Assembly (NCBI GenBank): GCA_963664305.2
Contig: CAXXLV010000002.1
Coordinates: 64,001-128,000, forward strand
Direction: 5' to 3'
Source of the DNA: an uncultured Aliarcobacter sp.
Lineage (GTDB): Bacteria > Campylobacterota > Campylobacteria > Campylobacterales > Arcobacteraceae
DNA length: 64,000 bases
Shown here: piece after piece, positions 39,896 to 51,399 of the stretch
How the letters are laid out: each line of letters starts with the position of its first letter
Numbering within the stretch: position 1 is the first letter of the stretch
Position numbers and translations under genes: made by a program
Notes under the pieces: generated by a model
The model's database searches: none
What the model saw: only the letters and a program-made list of their open reading frames with translations
Told to the model about the DNA's origin: nothing

Positions 39896-42042
39896 AAAGT
39901 GAAAAAAGTTTAAAAAAGGATATATTAAGTATATTGATATATTTTTCAATTTTTATTACTGTAATCATAAGTTTTATCTCATTAATAAATTTTTATTATT
40001 CAAAATTAACTATCGTTGAACATAATCAAAAACAGCTTTTATATCATATTGAATCAGAAGTAAATAAATATTTATCAAAAATATATGATTTATCTATTTA
40101 TTTAAAAGAAAATTATAAAGATACAAATAATAGTGTTTTAAAAAGTATTGTCGATACAAATAAAAATATTTCATCAATTTTAATTTTAGATGAGAATGGA
40201 ATTATAAAAGATTTTTATGCCACAACAAATTTAAATATTTATAAAGAATTTGACTATTCAAAACAAGAATATTATTCAAAATTTAAAAAAGATAAAAAAG
40301 ATTATTGGTCAAATGTTTTTTTATCTACAATTGATGATGAACCTTCAATCTCATATACTTTTAGAATGGATAATAAAGTTGTGGTTTTTGTAATAAAACT
40401 GACTGAAATCGCTGAATTTATTTCAAGATTTAAAACTCAAAATAATATTCACATGAGTAAAATATTTGATAAAAATGGAACTTTAATTTTAAATCCAAAT
40501 AATCCTGATTTAGTTTTACAAAGATTTAATGAAAATAGAAATGAAGTATTTACTAAATTGATTAATAAACTACCACCTTATAGCTTTACAATTTTTTATT
40601 CAAAGTTATTAGATGAAAATTTATATGGAACTTATACAACGATTGAAAAAACAGGTTGGAAAATCGTAATTAGTGAAAGTTATGATTCTATTTTAAAATC
40701 ATTAAATGGAATAGTTTTTATCATGTTTTTTGGCATGGTTTTATTTATTTCTTTAGCTATTATATTGTCTTTAAGAATTTCTAGAAGAGTTTTTAAATCT
40801 TTTGATGAGTTACAAAAAACAACTACAAGTATTGCAAATGGAAATTATAATATTTCTACAAATAACTCTTATTATAGTGAATTTAATATCTTATTAAATA
40901 GTTTTAATAAGATGAAAATAGAAATTGATAAAAGAGAAGAATCTTTAGAATCATCACTAAATAGTTTTAAAGTTTTATTTAATTCGACAATGGAAATTAT
41001 GATAATTCATGATAGAGGAATTTGCGTTGATGCAAATAATGTAGCAGTTAAATTTTTTCATTTGAAAAGTAAAGAAGAATTAATTGGAAAAAATCTTTTA
41101 GAATTTGTTGATGAAACTTATAAAGAACTATTAATAAAAAACTATAGAAAAAATACAACTCCTTATGAATTTGATGTAATTATAGATAATCAAAAATATA
41201 CTTGTTTAGGGCAAGGTAAATTTATCCATTTAGATAAAAAAATTTTCAAACTATCAACATTGATTGATATAACAGAGTTAAAAGATAAAGATAAATTACT
41301 TGCAAACCAATCAAAAATGGCTGCAATGGGAGAGATGATAGGAAATATTGCTCATCAATGGAGACAACCTTTAAGTCTAATAAGTACTTGTGCTAGTGGG
41401 ATAAAACTAGAAAAAGAGTATGGAGAAATGAGTAATGAAAGATTATTTGAATCTTTAGATTTGATAGTTGAAAATACTCAATATCTTTCAAAAACAATAG
41501 ATGATTTTAGAAATTATTTTAAAGCAGATAAAAGTCTTGAAGATTTTTGTGTTAATGATGGAATTGAAAAAGTTTTAAAACTTTTAAAATCTAGTTTGGA
41601 TAGTTATAATATAGAAGTTAGTACAACTTATGAAAATGATTTGAAAATAAATGCTTATCCAAATGAATTTTTACAGGTCATAATAAATATTATAAATAAT
41701 TCAAAAGATGCATTAATTAATCAAGATGTTAATAAAAGATTTATAAATATTAAAACTTATAAAAAAAGTGAAAATTGTTTTATAGAAATATCTGATAATG
41801 GAGGAGGAATTGATGAATCAATTATTTCAAAAGTTTTTGAACCATATTTTACTACAAAGCATCAATCTCAAGGAACAGGAATAGGCCTTTATATGTCACA
41901 TCAAATTATTGTTGAACATATGAAAGGTGATATTTTTGTGAAAAATATAGAATTTTCAAAGTTTGAAAATAGATATAAAGGGTGCACTATAACTTTAGTA
42001 ATTCCAAACAATGAAAAAATTACTTTAGATTTTCATATATAA
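39892..42042 (+). CDS. Sensor histidine kinase (Cache-HAMP-PAS-HisKA-HATPase)
   Basis: Two TM segments; IGNIAHQWRQPL, DNGGGI, GTGIGLY. Confidence 0.92.
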   Translation: MKSEKSLKKDILSILIYFSIFITVIISFISLINFYYSKLTIVEHNQKQLLYHIESEVNKYLSKIYDLSIYLKENYKDTNNSVLKSIVDTNKNISSILILDENGIIKDFYATTNLNIYKEFDYSKQEYYSKFKKDKKDYWSNVFLSTIDDEPSISYTFRMDNKVVVFVIKLTEIAEFISRFKTQNNIHMSKIFDKNGTLILNPNNPDLVLQRFNENRNEVFTKLINKLPPYSFTIFYSKLLDENLYGTYTTIEKTGWKIVISESYDSILKSLNGIVFIMFFGMVLFISLAIILSLRISRRVFKSFDELQKTTTSIANGNYNISTNNSYYSEFNILLNSFNKMKIEIDKREESLESSLNSFKVLFNSTMEIMIIHDRGICVDANNVAVKFFHLKSKEELIGKNLLEFVDETYKELLIKNYRKNTTPYEFDVIIDNQKYTCLGQGKFIHLDKKIFKLSTLIDITELKDKDKLLANQSKMAAMGEMIGNIAHQWRQPLSLISTCASGIKLEKEYGEMSNERLFESLDLIVENTQYLSKTIDDFRNYFKADKSLEDFCVNDGIEKVLKLLKSSLDSYNIEVSTTYENDLKINAYPNEFLQVIINIINNSKDALINQDVNKRFINIKTYKKSENCFIEISDNGGGIDESIISKVFEPYFTTKHQSQGTGIGLYMSHQIIVEHMKGDIFVKNIEFSKFENRYKGCTITLVIPNNEKITLDFHI

Positions 42043-42072
42043 CTTGACATTATATGACTCAAGTGCTATAAT
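42043..42072 (+). promoter_or_regulatory. Sigma70 promoter of clpB overlapped by a HAIR-like (HspR) operator
   Basis: TTGACA 42044-42049, 17 bp spacer, TGcTATAAT ending 42072; CTTGACA-N7-ACTCAAG at 42043-42063. Confidence 0.8.
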
Positions 42073-42076
42073 TTTA

Positions 42077-42103
42077 TTAGCAATTAAATAATAGGAGTGC
42101 TAA
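42077..42103 (+). promoter_or_regulatory. CIRCE element (HrcA operator)
   Basis: TTAGCAATT-N9-GAGTGCTAA versus consensus TTAGCACTC-N9-GAGTGCTAA; abuts the ATG and overlaps the RBS. Confidence 0.85.
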
Positions 42104-44683
42104 ATGAGTAATAATATTTTTGAAAAAATGACAAATCAAATGCATGAAACAATAGATTCAAGTGTTGCACTTGCTCTACATAATAAAAATCAAGAAGTAG
42201 AAATAGTTCATCTACTTTGGGCTTTATTAACTAACACTAATTCTGTATTAAATCAATTATTAAATAAAATGAATGTTAATAAAGCAGCAATTGAACTTGA
42301 AGCAAAATCAAACGCACAAAAACTTCCAAGTGTTAGTAGCGTTACAAAAGAGAATATAAAATTATCAAGAAATTTACTTACAAGTATACAAAAAGCTGAA
42401 GGATTAATGGCAAGTAATGGTGATAAATTTATAGCTATTGATACTTGGTTAATCTCAAATTTTGATTCTCAAGTAATGAAAGATATTTTAGGAAAATATA
42501 TAGATTTAAGAGAAGCAAAAAAAGAGCTTGAAGCTATGCGTGCTGGAAAAACTATTGAGAGTAATAGTGCAGATGATAATCTTGAAGCTTTAAATAAATA
42601 TGGAATAGATTTAAATAAAAAAGCTATTGATGGTGAACTTGACCCAGTAATTGGAAGAGATGAACAAATTAATAGAATGATGCAAATTTTAATAAGAAAA
42701 ACAAAAAATAATCCAATTTTATTAGGAGAACCTGGAACTGGAAAAACTGCAATTGCAGAAGGTTTAGCTCAAAGAATAGTAAACAAAGATGTACCAACAA
42801 GTTTACTTAATAAAAGAGTTGTAAGTCTTGATATGAGTGCACTAATTGCTGGTGCTAAATATAGAGGAGAGTTTGAAGATAGATTAAAATCTGTTATTGA
42901 TGAGGTTAAAAAAGCTGGAAATATAATTTTATTTATTGATGAAATTCATACAATCATTGGTGCAGGTGCTAGTGAAGGAAGTATGGATGCTGCAAATATC
43001 TTAAAACCAAGTCTTGCAAGAGGTGAATTACATACAATTGGTGCAACAACATTAAAAGAGTATAGAAAATATTTTGAAAAAGATGCAGCAATGCAAAGAA
43101 GATTTCAACCTGTAAAAGTTGATGAACCAACAGTAAATGAAGCTTTACAAATTTTAAGAGGTATAAAAGAGAAACTTGAAACTCATCATAATGTAACTAT
43201 AAATGATAGTGCATTAGTTGCAGCTGCAAAATTATCAAATAGATATATTACTGATAGATTTTTACCAGATAAAGCAATTGATTTAATTGATGAAGCTGCA
43301 GCTGAATTAAAAATGCAAATAGAATCAGAACCAACAGCACTTTCTACAATTAAAAGAGAGATTCAAACATTAAATGTTGAAAAAGAAGCTCTTAAAATGG
43401 AAAAAAATAAAAAGAATGAAGAAAGAGTTGAGCAAATTGAAAAAGAACTTGCAAATAAAAATGAAGAGAAACAAAACCTTGAAGCAAGATTTGAAAATGA
43501 AAAACAAACATTTAATGCAACAAGTGAATTAAAAATAAGAATTGATGAATTAAAAACAAAAGCAAATATTGCAAAACGTGAATCAAAATTTGAAGAAGCA
43601 GCAAAAATAGAGTATGGTGAAATTCCAGCACTTGAAGCAAAAATTAAAGAAAATGCTGAAAAATGGGAACAAATGCAAAAAGAAGGAACACTTCTTAGAA
43701 ATTCAGTTGATGAAGAAGCAATTGCAAGTATAGTTTCAAGATGGACAGGAATTCCAGTTAATAAAATGATGGATAGTGAAAAACAAAAAGTTTTAATGGT
43801 TGAAGATGTTCTTAAAAAAGATGTAATAGGACAAGATGAAGCAATTAAAGCAATTAGTAGAGCTATAAAAAGAAATAAAGCAGGGTTAAGTGAAACTTCG
43901 CGACCAATTGGTTCATTCTTATTTTTAGGACCAACTGGAGTTGGAAAAACAGAAAGTGCAAAAACTTTAGCTAAGTTTTTATTCGATGATGCAAAATCAC
44001 TTATTAGATTTGATATGAGTGAATATATGGAAAAACACGCAGTTTCAAGACTTGTTGGAGCTGCACCTGGTTATGTTGGATATGAAGAGGGTGGTCAATT
44101 AACTGAAGCAGTTAGAAGAAAACCTTATAGTGTTATTTTATTTGATGAGGTTGAAAAAGCACATCCAGACGTATTTAATATACTTTTACAAGTTTTAGAT
44201 GATGGAAGATTAACTGACAATAAAGGTGTTACAGTTGATTTTAAAAATACAATTATTATTTTGACTTCAAATATTGGAAGTGCAAGAATAATTGAAATTA
44301 GTGATAAAGAAGAAAGAAGAAAAGCTGTTTTAGATGAATTAAAAATGCATTTTAGACCAGAGTTTTTAAATAGACTTGATGATATTGTTATTTTTGAACA
44401 ATTAAATCTAAATGCAATTACAAATATTGTTGATATTTTATTTAATAATATTAAGAAAAAAGTTGAAGAAAAAGATATAAATATTTCATTAACACAAAAT
44501 GCAAAAGAGTATATTGCAAAAATTGGATTTGACCCAGTATATGGTGCAAGACCGCTAAAAAGAGCTATCTATGAAATAGTTGAAGATAAATTAGCAGATT
44601 TAATTTTAGAAGATAAAATAGGTGAGGGAAGTAGTATAGAATTTGATGTTCAAAATGATGAAGTAATTGTTAATATTGCCTAA
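42104..44683 (+). CDS. clpB: Chaperone ClpB
   Basis: Two AAA modules ([16 protein letters not shown]), middle coiled coil, 859 aa. Confidence 0.96.
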   Translation: MSNNIFEKMTNQMHETIDSSVALALHNKNQEVEIVHLLWALLTNTNSVLNQLLNKMNVNKAAIELEAKSNAQKLPSVSSVTKENIKLSRNLLTSIQKAEGLMASNGDKFIAIDTWLISNFDSQVMKDILGKYIDLREAKKELEAMRAGKTIESNSADDNLEALNKYGIDLNKKAIDGELDPVIGRDEQINRMMQILIRKTKNNPILLGEPGTGKTAIAEGLAQRIVNKDVPTSLLNKRVVSLDMSALIAGAKYRGEFEDRLKSVIDEVKKAGNIILFIDEIHTIIGAGASEGSMDAANILKPSLARGELHTIGATTLKEYRKYFEKDAAMQRRFQPVKVDEPTVNEALQILRGIKEKLETHHNVTINDSALVAAAKLSNRYITDRFLPDKAIDLIDEAAAELKMQIESEPTALSTIKREIQTLNVEKEALKMEKNKKNEERVEQIEKELANKNEEKQNLEARFENEKQTFNATSELKIRIDELKTKANIAKRESKFEEAAKIEYGEIPALEAKIKENAEKWEQMQKEGTLLRNSVDEEAIASIVSRWTGIPVNKMMDSEKQKVLMVEDVLKKDVIGQDEAIKAISRAIKRNKAGLSETSRPIGSFLFLGPTGVGKTESAKTLAKFLFDDAKSLIRFDMSEYMEKHAVSRLVGAAPGYVGYEEGGQLTEAVRRKPYSVILFDEVEKAHPDVFNILLQVLDDGRLTDNKGVTVDFKNTIIILTSNIGSARIIEISDKEERRKAVLDELKMHFRPEFLNRLDDIVIFEQLNLNAITNIVDILFNNIKKKVEEKDINISLTQNAKEYIAKIGFDPVYGARPLKRAIYEIVEDKLADLILEDKIGEGSSIEFDVQNDEVIVNIA

Positions 44684-44748
44684 AGAATATTTAAGTAAAA
44701 TTTAACTATAATCCACAACTTATTTAGTGAATATAGAGGAAATCTAAG

Positions 44749-44883
44749 ATGAAAAGAACGTATCAACCACATAATACTCCTAGAAAAAGAACTCACGGGT
44801 TCAGAGTAAGAATGGCTACTAAAAACGGTAGAAAAGTAATTAATGCAAGAAGAGCTAAAGGTAGAAAAAGATTAGCTGTTTAA
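44749..44883 (+). CDS. rpmH: 50S ribosomal protein L34 (not in ORF track)
   Basis: [44 protein letters not shown]. Confidence 0.97.
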   Translation: MKRTYQPHNTPRKRTHGFRVRMATKNGRKVINARRAKGRKRLAV

Positions 44884-45206
44884 GCAAAGACCACAGACTT
44901 AATAGTCCAAAAGACTTCAACAGACTATATAAAAGCGGCAAGAGATGGCATACTGCCAGCTTTGTCGCTTTTTTTAGTTCTAGCCCTACATTAAAAGCTG
45001 CTTTTGTTACTTCAAAAAAAGTTGGAAATGCAGTAAATAGAAATAAAGCAAGACGAAGAATGCGTGCTTTATTTGCTTCATATGAAAAACAATTATTAGT
45101 TGGTAACTATATATTTGTTGCAAAAATAACCTTACATGAAAAAAATTATTTAGAATTAAAAAAAGATTTTGATTTCGCATTAAAAAGATTAGAAGTTTTA
45201 AAATGA
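44871..45206 (+). CDS. rnpA: RNase P protein component (not in ORF track; probable ATT start)
   Basis: [19 protein letters not shown] (RNR motif); located between rpmH and yidD. Confidence 0.9.
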   Translation: MSCLSKDHRLNSPKDFNRLYKSGKRWHTASFVAFFSSSPTLKAAFVTSKKVGNAVNRNKARRRMRALFASYEKQLLVGNYIFVAKITLHEKNYLELKKDFDFALKRLEVLK

Positions 45207-45550
45207 AATTTATTTTTAAATATTTGATAAGATTTTATCAAAAATATTTAACGATTTTATCTTTTGGATCATGTAGATATTATCCAACTTGTTCCCAATA
45301 TGCATTATGGCAGTTGGATAATAATACTTTTTTTAAGGCGTTTTATTTTACAATATTGCGCATATTAAAATGTAATCAACTTTTTGATGGTGGATTTGAT
45401 TATCCAATAGTAAAGTTGAGAGCAAATCAAAATATCAATTATAAAAAAATCAAAATAGTATATTGGTATATTCCATTGGAAAATGGAAAGTATTTAGTAG
45501 TAAAAAATCGGGAGTGGAAAAAGAAGAATGAACAACATGAATCAAAATAA
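45203..45550 (+). CDS. yidD: Membrane protein insertion efficiency factor
   Basis: CRYYPTCSQYA, RILKCN. Confidence 0.92.
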   Translation: MKFIFKYLIRFYQKYLTILSFGSCRYYPTCSQYALWQLDNNTFFKAFYFTILRILKCNQLFDGGFDYPIVKLRANQNINYKKIKIVYWYIPLENGKYLVVKNREWKKKNEQHESK

Positions 45551-47150
45551 TGGTATGCAAAAACGAATGTTAATTATGACATTACTTGTTTTTGTATTTT
45601 TTATAGCGTATGAGTTTTTAGTTTTAAAACCACAGCAAGAAGCAAAAGCTGCAAAAGCAAAACAAGAGCAAGCGCAAAAACAAAATGCTGCACCTGATGT
45701 AAATACAACTGCAACTCAAATGGTTGCAACAGATGTAAATGGAAATCCAGTTGATATGTCTAAATCAGTTCAGGCATTATCATCAAAAGCAATTGCAAGT
45801 AATGAAATTATTTCTGTAGTTAAAACAGCAAAAAGTGTTATTGAAATTGATAATTTAGGAAGAGTTGCACAAGTAACTTTACTTGAAGAGAAATATAAAG
45901 ATGAAAATGGAAATCAAATAAAATTATTTGAATCAAATCAATTAAGACCTTTAGAAGTTAGATTTGCTGATACAAACATCAATACAGAAGCATTTAAAGT
46001 TAGTGTAACTGCTAGTTCATCAAATGTTGATGCATCTACAAGTGCTCAAGAGTTAGTATTAACTCAAAACTTAGGTGATACAGTTTTAACTAAGAAATTT
46101 ACTGTTTATCCAGATGGACATTATGATTTAACAATTAATTCAACAAATGAAAAACAGTTTTTTATTACAAATGGTTTTAGACCAAATGTTTTAGCTGATA
46201 TGTATGCTGTTCATGGTTTTATTGCTAAATTAAATGATAATACATTAAAAACTATTGAAGATGGTGATTTAGATAAAAATGAAACAATTGTTGGTTCAAA
46301 ATTTTTATCTAATTTTGATAGATATTATGCAACTGTAATTTACAATTTTGATAAATCATTAAGTTTAAGTTTAATGCCAGATGCTTCTTCAAATCCACAA
46401 GCTTTCGTTCATGCAGGAAATAATATCTCTTTTTCTGGTTATATTGGACCAAAAAATCATAGAGATTTAGAAGCATTAAATCCTGAATTAATTGATGTTA
46501 TTGATTATGGTTGGTTTACATTTATTGCAAAACCAATGTTTATGTTATTACAATTTATTCAAGGTTATGTAGGTAACTGGGGATGGACAATTGTTATTTT
46601 AACTATTTTAATCAAATTAGTTCTATATCCTTTATCATATAAAGGTATGGTTTCTATGCAAAAATTAAAAGATTTAGCTCCAAAAATGAAAGAAATTCAA
46701 GCTAAATATAAAGATGATAAACAAAAACAATCAATGCATATGATGGAACTTTATAAAAAACATGGTGCAAACCCAATGGGTGGATGTTTACCATTAATTT
46801 TACAAATTCCAGTATTCTTCGCAATTTATAGAGTTTTATTAAATGCAATCGAATTAAAAGGCGCTCCTTGGATGTTATGGGTTCACGATTTAGCAGAAAT
46901 GGATCCATATTTTGTTTTACCTATTTTAATGGGTGCAACAATGTATTTACAACAAAAAATTACACCAAATACAATGCAAGATGAAATGCAAAAGAAAATT
47001 TTCCAATTCTTACCAGTTGTGTTCACATTCTTCTTCTTATGGTTCCCAGCAGGTCTTACATTATATTGGTTTATAAATAATCTATTTACTATTGGTCAAC
47101 AATATTATATAAATAGCGTATTTGAAAGAAAAAGAGCTGAAAAAGCATAG
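45528..47150 (+). CDS. yidC: Membrane protein insertase
   Basis: DYGWFTFIAKP, GNWGWTI, NPMGGCLP, FPAGLTLYW. Confidence 0.96.
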   Translation: MNNMNQNNGMQKRMLIMTLLVFVFFIAYEFLVLKPQQEAKAAKAKQEQAQKQNAAPDVNTTATQMVATDVNGNPVDMSKSVQALSSKAIASNEIISVVKTAKSVIEIDNLGRVAQVTLLEEKYKDENGNQIKLFESNQLRPLEVRFADTNINTEAFKVSVTASSSNVDASTSAQELVLTQNLGDTVLTKKFTVYPDGHYDLTINSTNEKQFFITNGFRPNVLADMYAVHGFIAKLNDNTLKTIEDGDLDKNETIVGSKFLSNFDRYYATVIYNFDKSLSLSLMPDASSNPQAFVHAGNNISFSGYIGPKNHRDLEALNPELIDVIDYGWFTFIAKPMFMLLQFIQGYVGNWGWTIVILTILIKLVLYPLSYKGMVSMQKLKDLAPKMKEIQAKYKDDKQKQSMHMMELYKKHGANPMGGCLPLILQIPVFFAIYRVLLNAIELKGAPWMLWVHDLAEMDPYFVLPILMGATMYLQQKITPNTMQDEMQKKIFQFLPVVFTFFFLWFPAGLTLYWFINNLFTIGQQYYINSVFERKRAEKA

Positions 47151-47158
47151 GAAAACTC

Positions 47159-48025
47159 ATGAAAAAGTTTGAAGCAAATTGTTTAGAAAAAGTTTATGAA
47201 TTAGCGACAGCAGATTTTAACTGTTCTATTACAGAATTAGAAATTGAAGTTATCCAACAACCAAGTAAAGGTTTTCTTGGTTTTGGAAAAAAGAATGCGA
47301 TTATTCAAGCATGTTTTAAAAATAGTTGTAAAACTTATGTTCAAGAACCAAAAACTTTTAAAAATAAAGATGTAAGAATAGAAGAAATTTCTCAAAGAAT
47401 TGAAAATTCGAATAAAGAAGTTCCTTCTACTCCATCTGATAAAAAAGAACCTTTATCTAAAGTTCCAAAAGTTGAATCAAAAGACAAAATTTTTGACAAT
47501 TTTTATAATGAAGAATCTTCACAAACTGAAATGTCAAAAATTGTAATTAAAAAAGATAAAGAAAAAATTTTAGAAGAAGTAAAAGAAGGAATAAATCTTT
47601 TATTTGATAACACATGTTATAAAATTGAAGATATTAATGTTGAATTTTATGATGATGAGACTTTATACATAGAGTTTTTAGGTGAAGATTCTGCATTATT
47701 AATTGGTAAAGAAGGTTATAGATATAAAGCATTATCTTATATTTTATTTAATTGGATAAATGAAAAATATGGTCTTATGTTAAGATTAGAAGTTGCAGAA
47801 TTTTTGAAAAATCAAGAAGATGCGATTCATGCTTATTTAGAACCGATTATTGAAATAATCAAAGAAAAAGGCACTTTTAAAACTAAACCACTTGATGGTA
47901 TTTTAGTTCACATTGCTTTAAAAAGATTAAGAGAAGAGTTCCCTGACAAATATGTTGCAGTAAAAACAAATGTTAGAGGTGATAAATATGTACTTGTAAA
48001 TGAGTACAGAGCAAGAGAAATTTAA
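47159..48025 (+). CDS. jag: Jag/KhpB RNA-binding protein
   Basis: EVIQQPSKGFLGFGKK, LLIGKEG; conserved position. Confidence 0.85.
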   Translation: MKKFEANCLEKVYELATADFNCSITELEIEVIQQPSKGFLGFGKKNAIIQACFKNSCKTYVQEPKTFKNKDVRIEEISQRIENSNKEVPSTPSDKKEPLSKVPKVESKDKIFDNFYNEESSQTEMSKIVIKKDKEKILEEVKEGINLLFDNTCYKIEDINVEFYDDETLYIEFLGEDSALLIGKEGYRYKALSYILFNWINEKYGLMLRLEVAEFLKNQEDAIHAYLEPIIEIIKEKGTFKTKPLDGILVHIALKRLREEFPDKYVAVKTNVRGDKYVLVNEYRAREI

Positions 48026-48027
48026 TC

Positions 48028-49368
48028 TTGTTTGATGATGCTACAATTGTTGCAATAGCAACGGCAAATGGAATAGGTTCTATTTCAATTGTAAGGATTT
48101 CAGGAGCAAATGCTCTTGCAATCGCTTCTAAAATCTCAAAAAAAACAACTTTCCAACCAAGACTTGCAACACTTTCATATCTTTATGATACAAATAATGA
48201 AATTATTGATGAAGCTTTAGTTTTATATTTTAAAGCACCATTTTCTTTTACTGGAGAAGATGTTGTAGAGTTTCAATGTCATGGTGGAGTTGCAATTGCA
48301 AATATGATAGTTGATGAAGTTTTAAAACATGGAGCTAGACTTGCAAATCCAGGTGAATTTTCTAAAAGAGCATTTTTTAATAATAAAATTGATTTAACAA
48401 AAGCAGAAGCTATATCAAAAATTATTGAAGCAAGAAGTGCTGATGCAGTTAAATTACTTGCACGACAACTAAAAGGTGAATTAACAAATTTCGTAAATGA
48501 AATAAGAGAAGATTTACTTTTTATGTTAGCTTATACAGAAGTTTCTATTGATTATGCTGAAGAAGATTTACCTACAGATATTTATGAACAAATAGAAAAT
48601 AAAATGCAAAAGATAATTCTAAAATTATCAAATACATTAGAAGCTAGTCGTAGACGTGAAGGAATGATTGAAGGTTTTAAAGTTGCAATTATTGGTAAAC
48701 CAAATGTTGGAAAATCTTCACTTTTAAATAAACTTTTAAACTATGATAGAGCTATTATAAGTGATATTGCAGGAACAACTAGAGATACTATTGAAGAGTC
48801 GGTTAGAATTGGTACACATATTATCAAAATAGTTGATACTGCTGGTATTAGAAATGCAAGTGATGTGATTGAAAAAATAGGAATTGAAAAATCTATTCAA
48901 ACTATAAATGAAGCTGATATTGTAATTGCATTATTTGATAATAGTAAAATTTGTGATGATGAAGATAAAAAAATATTAGAATTGATAAATGAAAATTCAG
49001 ATAAAGAGATAATTAAAGTTTTAAATAAAACTGATTTAGAAAACAAGTTTTCAAAATCAAATCTTGATGATTTTATTGAACTTTCAACAAAAGAGGATAT
49101 TAATCCATTAATAAAAAGAGTTGAAAATATTTTAGACTCAAATACACATAGTGATGAAATGACATTAATTTCAAAACGACAAGTATCATCAGTTGAAAAT
49201 ACATTGTATAATATCAATTTAGCAAAAGAGCCATTATCAAGTGGTGAGTTAGAGTTTTTTGCACACTTTATAACAGAAGCATTAGAAAATATTTCATCAA
49301 TAACAAGACCTTATGAAAATGATGAAATGTTGGATGTTATGTTTGGTGAATTTTGTTTAGGTAAATAG
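48028..49368 (+). CDS. mnmE: tRNA modification GTPase
   Basis: SFTGEDVVE, GKPNVGKSS, DTAG, FCLGK. Confidence 0.96.
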   Translation: MFDDATIVAIATANGIGSISIVRISGANALAIASKISKKTTFQPRLATLSYLYDTNNEIIDEALVLYFKAPFSFTGEDVVEFQCHGGVAIANMIVDEVLKHGARLANPGEFSKRAFFNNKIDLTKAEAISKIIEARSADAVKLLARQLKGELTNFVNEIREDLLFMLAYTEVSIDYAEEDLPTDIYEQIENKMQKIILKLSNTLEASRRREGMIEGFKVAIIGKPNVGKSSLLNKLLNYDRAIISDIAGTTRDTIEESVRIGTHIIKIVDTAGIRNASDVIEKIGIEKSIQTINEADIVIALFDNSKICDDEDKKILELINENSDKEIIKVLNKTDLENKFSKSNLDDFIELSTKEDINPLIKRVENILDSNTHSDEMTLISKRQVSSVENTLYNINLAKEPLSSGELEFFAHFITEALENISSITRPYENDEMLDVMFGEFCLGK

Positions 49369-49386
49369 TTAATTTAGAGGTCAAAT

Positions 49387-49794
49387 ATGAAACAATTTTT
49401 TGTTTTTATGATGTTTAGTTTTTCATTATTGTTTGCAGACCAATGGGATGGCTTTTTTAAAGAGAGTGGATTCCCAAGAAAAGTAATTGATGATGGAAGT
49501 GTTGTTAAAGGGAAAATTTATCAAGCAAAGGTTACTTACCAGATTTCCAATAATGATGGAATAAAAGGTAATTTTGAAAATAATGATACAGCAAAAGTTA
49601 CAGTTACTAATGAAAAAGGAAAAGTTCTTTCAACTAATAAATTTATGAATGCAACAGAACTTAGAACTTGGGCTAGACAAAATTTTACTGAAATTTTTTC
49701 TTCAATTCTTGGTGATTCAGAGTTAAATAAAGAGAAAATTACTGAATTAACTAAATTAGCTTCTTTAGTTCTTTTAAATAAGAATTTAGACTAA
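49387..49794 (+). CDS. Hypothetical secreted protein
   Basis: Signal peptide, gaggt RBS. Confidence 0.65.
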   Translation: MKQFFVFMMFSFSLLFADQWDGFFKESGFPRKVIDDGSVVKGKIYQAKVTYQISNNDGIKGNFENNDTAKVTVTNEKGKVLSTNKFMNATELRTWARQNFTEIFSSILGDSELNKEKITELTKLASLVLLNKNLD

Positions 49795-49824
49795 ATAACA
49801 AAATCTAAAAGGATTTTGTTATTT
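49793..49824. terminator. Bidirectional hairpin between convergent genes
   Basis: aaataacaaaatc-taaaag-gattttgttattt. Confidence 0.6.
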
Positions 49825-50302
49825 AAAGAGGTTTTTCATAACTTACTAGTTTTGCATTTTCTTTAGAAATATCAATCCAACTATTACAATCAAAATGTAT
49901 CTCCATAATTCCACCCATTTGGAATTTTTCTTTAAACCCAACTAATGTAACAGCTAAGGCAGTTAATGATGGATTATGACCAACTAATAACATAGAATCA
50001 ACTGTATCAAATGTATAAGAAATAGTTTCAAGTAACTCATTTACAAATGCCATATATAAAACTTCATTTAACATTATAGTTTTATTATAATTTAGTGCTT
50101 TTGCAAATATCTCTGCTGTATTTCTTGTTCTTTTTGCTGGACTTGCTACTATTAAATCAACTTTAGGATTTTTTTTAGCAAAATTTTCTGCGATTGTTTT
50201 TGCTTCAAGGATTCCTTCTTCAGATAATTCTCTATCATAATCATCTTGATTTAAATCTTCATCTTCTTTTTTTGTATGTCTTACAATGTAAAGTTTTTTC
50301 AT
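49823..50302 (-). CDS. SixA-like histidine phosphatase
   Basis: LYIVRH, SPAKRTRNTA, LLVGHNP. Confidence 0.88.
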   Translation of the reverse strand: MKKLYIVRHTKKEDEDLNQDDYDRELSEEGILEAKTIAENFAKKNPKVDLIVASPAKRTRNTAEIFAKALNYNKTIMLNEVLYMAFVNELLETISYTFDTVDSMLLVGHNPSLTALAVTLVGFKEKFQMGGIMEIHFDCNSWIDISKENAKLVSYEKPL

Positions 50303-50429
50303 ATACCTACTCTAGATTTAAAAATTATATTTGATTTTAAATAATTTAAGCTTTTTTTCTTATAAAAAATTTAATATATAGATATTATAGCTACAAATTT
50401 GTATAATAAAAAAAATTAAGGATACTATT

Positions 50430-51344
50430 TTGGGATATGATTTAAATAAAAAGTTAGTAATAGCCATTTCTTCAAGAGCTTTATTCAATTTAGAAGATGA
50501 AAATAAAATATTTGAAGAAAAAGGTTTAGATGAATATTATAAATATCAAATAGAAAATGAAGATGTATTACCAAAAAAAGGAACAGGTTTTAGATTAGTT
50601 AAAAACCTATTGAGAATTAATGAAGATTTTCCTGATGATAAACAAGTAGAAGTTATTATCATGTCAAGAAATAATTCTGCAACAAGTCTTAGAATTACAA
50701 AATCTATTGAAAAATATAAACTTGATATTGCAAGGTCAGCTTGGAGTGGGGGAAGTGATATTTCTAAATATTTAAAACCATTTAAAGTTGATTTGTTTCT
50801 TTCAGCAAATGAACAAGATGTTCAAGAAGCAATAAATGAAGGAATAGCAGCAGCTAGAATTTTACCTTATGAAAACGATGAAGATGAATTTTCAACTCAA
50901 GTAAAAATCGCTTTTGATGGTGATGCAGTTTTATTTTCAGAGGAGTCAGAAATTATTTATAAAACACAAGGATTAAATGCATTTTTAGAATATGAAAAAC
51001 AAAATGCCTCTAATCCTATGAAAAGTGGACCATTTGCTCAGTTATTGAGTGTTATTTCAAATATTCAAGCAAAATATCATGAAGAACAAACACCAATCAG
51101 AACTGCACTTATAACAGCAAGAAATTCGCCTGCACATGAAAGGGTAATAAGAACTCTTTCACAATGGGGAGTTAGACTTGATGAAGCTTTCTTTTTAGGT
51201 GGAGTTGATAAATATGAAGTTGTAAAAGCTTTTGGAGCAGATATCTTTTTTGATGACCAAGATGTACATTTGGAAAATACATCAAAAATTGCACCAAGTG
51301 CTAAAGTACCATACAAAAAAGAGTCAATTTTAAATAACATTTAG
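50430..51344 (+). CDS. 5'-nucleotidase (cytosolic HAD type)
   Basis: [34 protein letters not shown]. Confidence 0.9.
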   Translation: MGYDLNKKLVIAISSRALFNLEDENKIFEEKGLDEYYKYQIENEDVLPKKGTGFRLVKNLLRINEDFPDDKQVEVIIMSRNNSATSLRITKSIEKYKLDIARSAWSGGSDISKYLKPFKVDLFLSANEQDVQEAINEGIAAARILPYENDEDEFSTQVKIAFDGDAVLFSEESEIIYKTQGLNAFLEYEKQNASNPMKSGPFAQLLSVISNIQAKYHEEQTPIRTALITARNSPAHERVIRTLSQWGVRLDEAFFLGGVDKYEVVKAFGADIFFDDQDVHLENTSKIAPSAKVPYKKESILNNI

Positions 51345-51399
51345 TTTAATTTTTATTAACCAAAATCTGTTAGAATCACAAAAATTTAAGGAGGATAAA

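Noticed and set aside
49369..51350. Possible island at the mnmE 3' end
   Set aside because: No integrase, att repeat or mobile genes.
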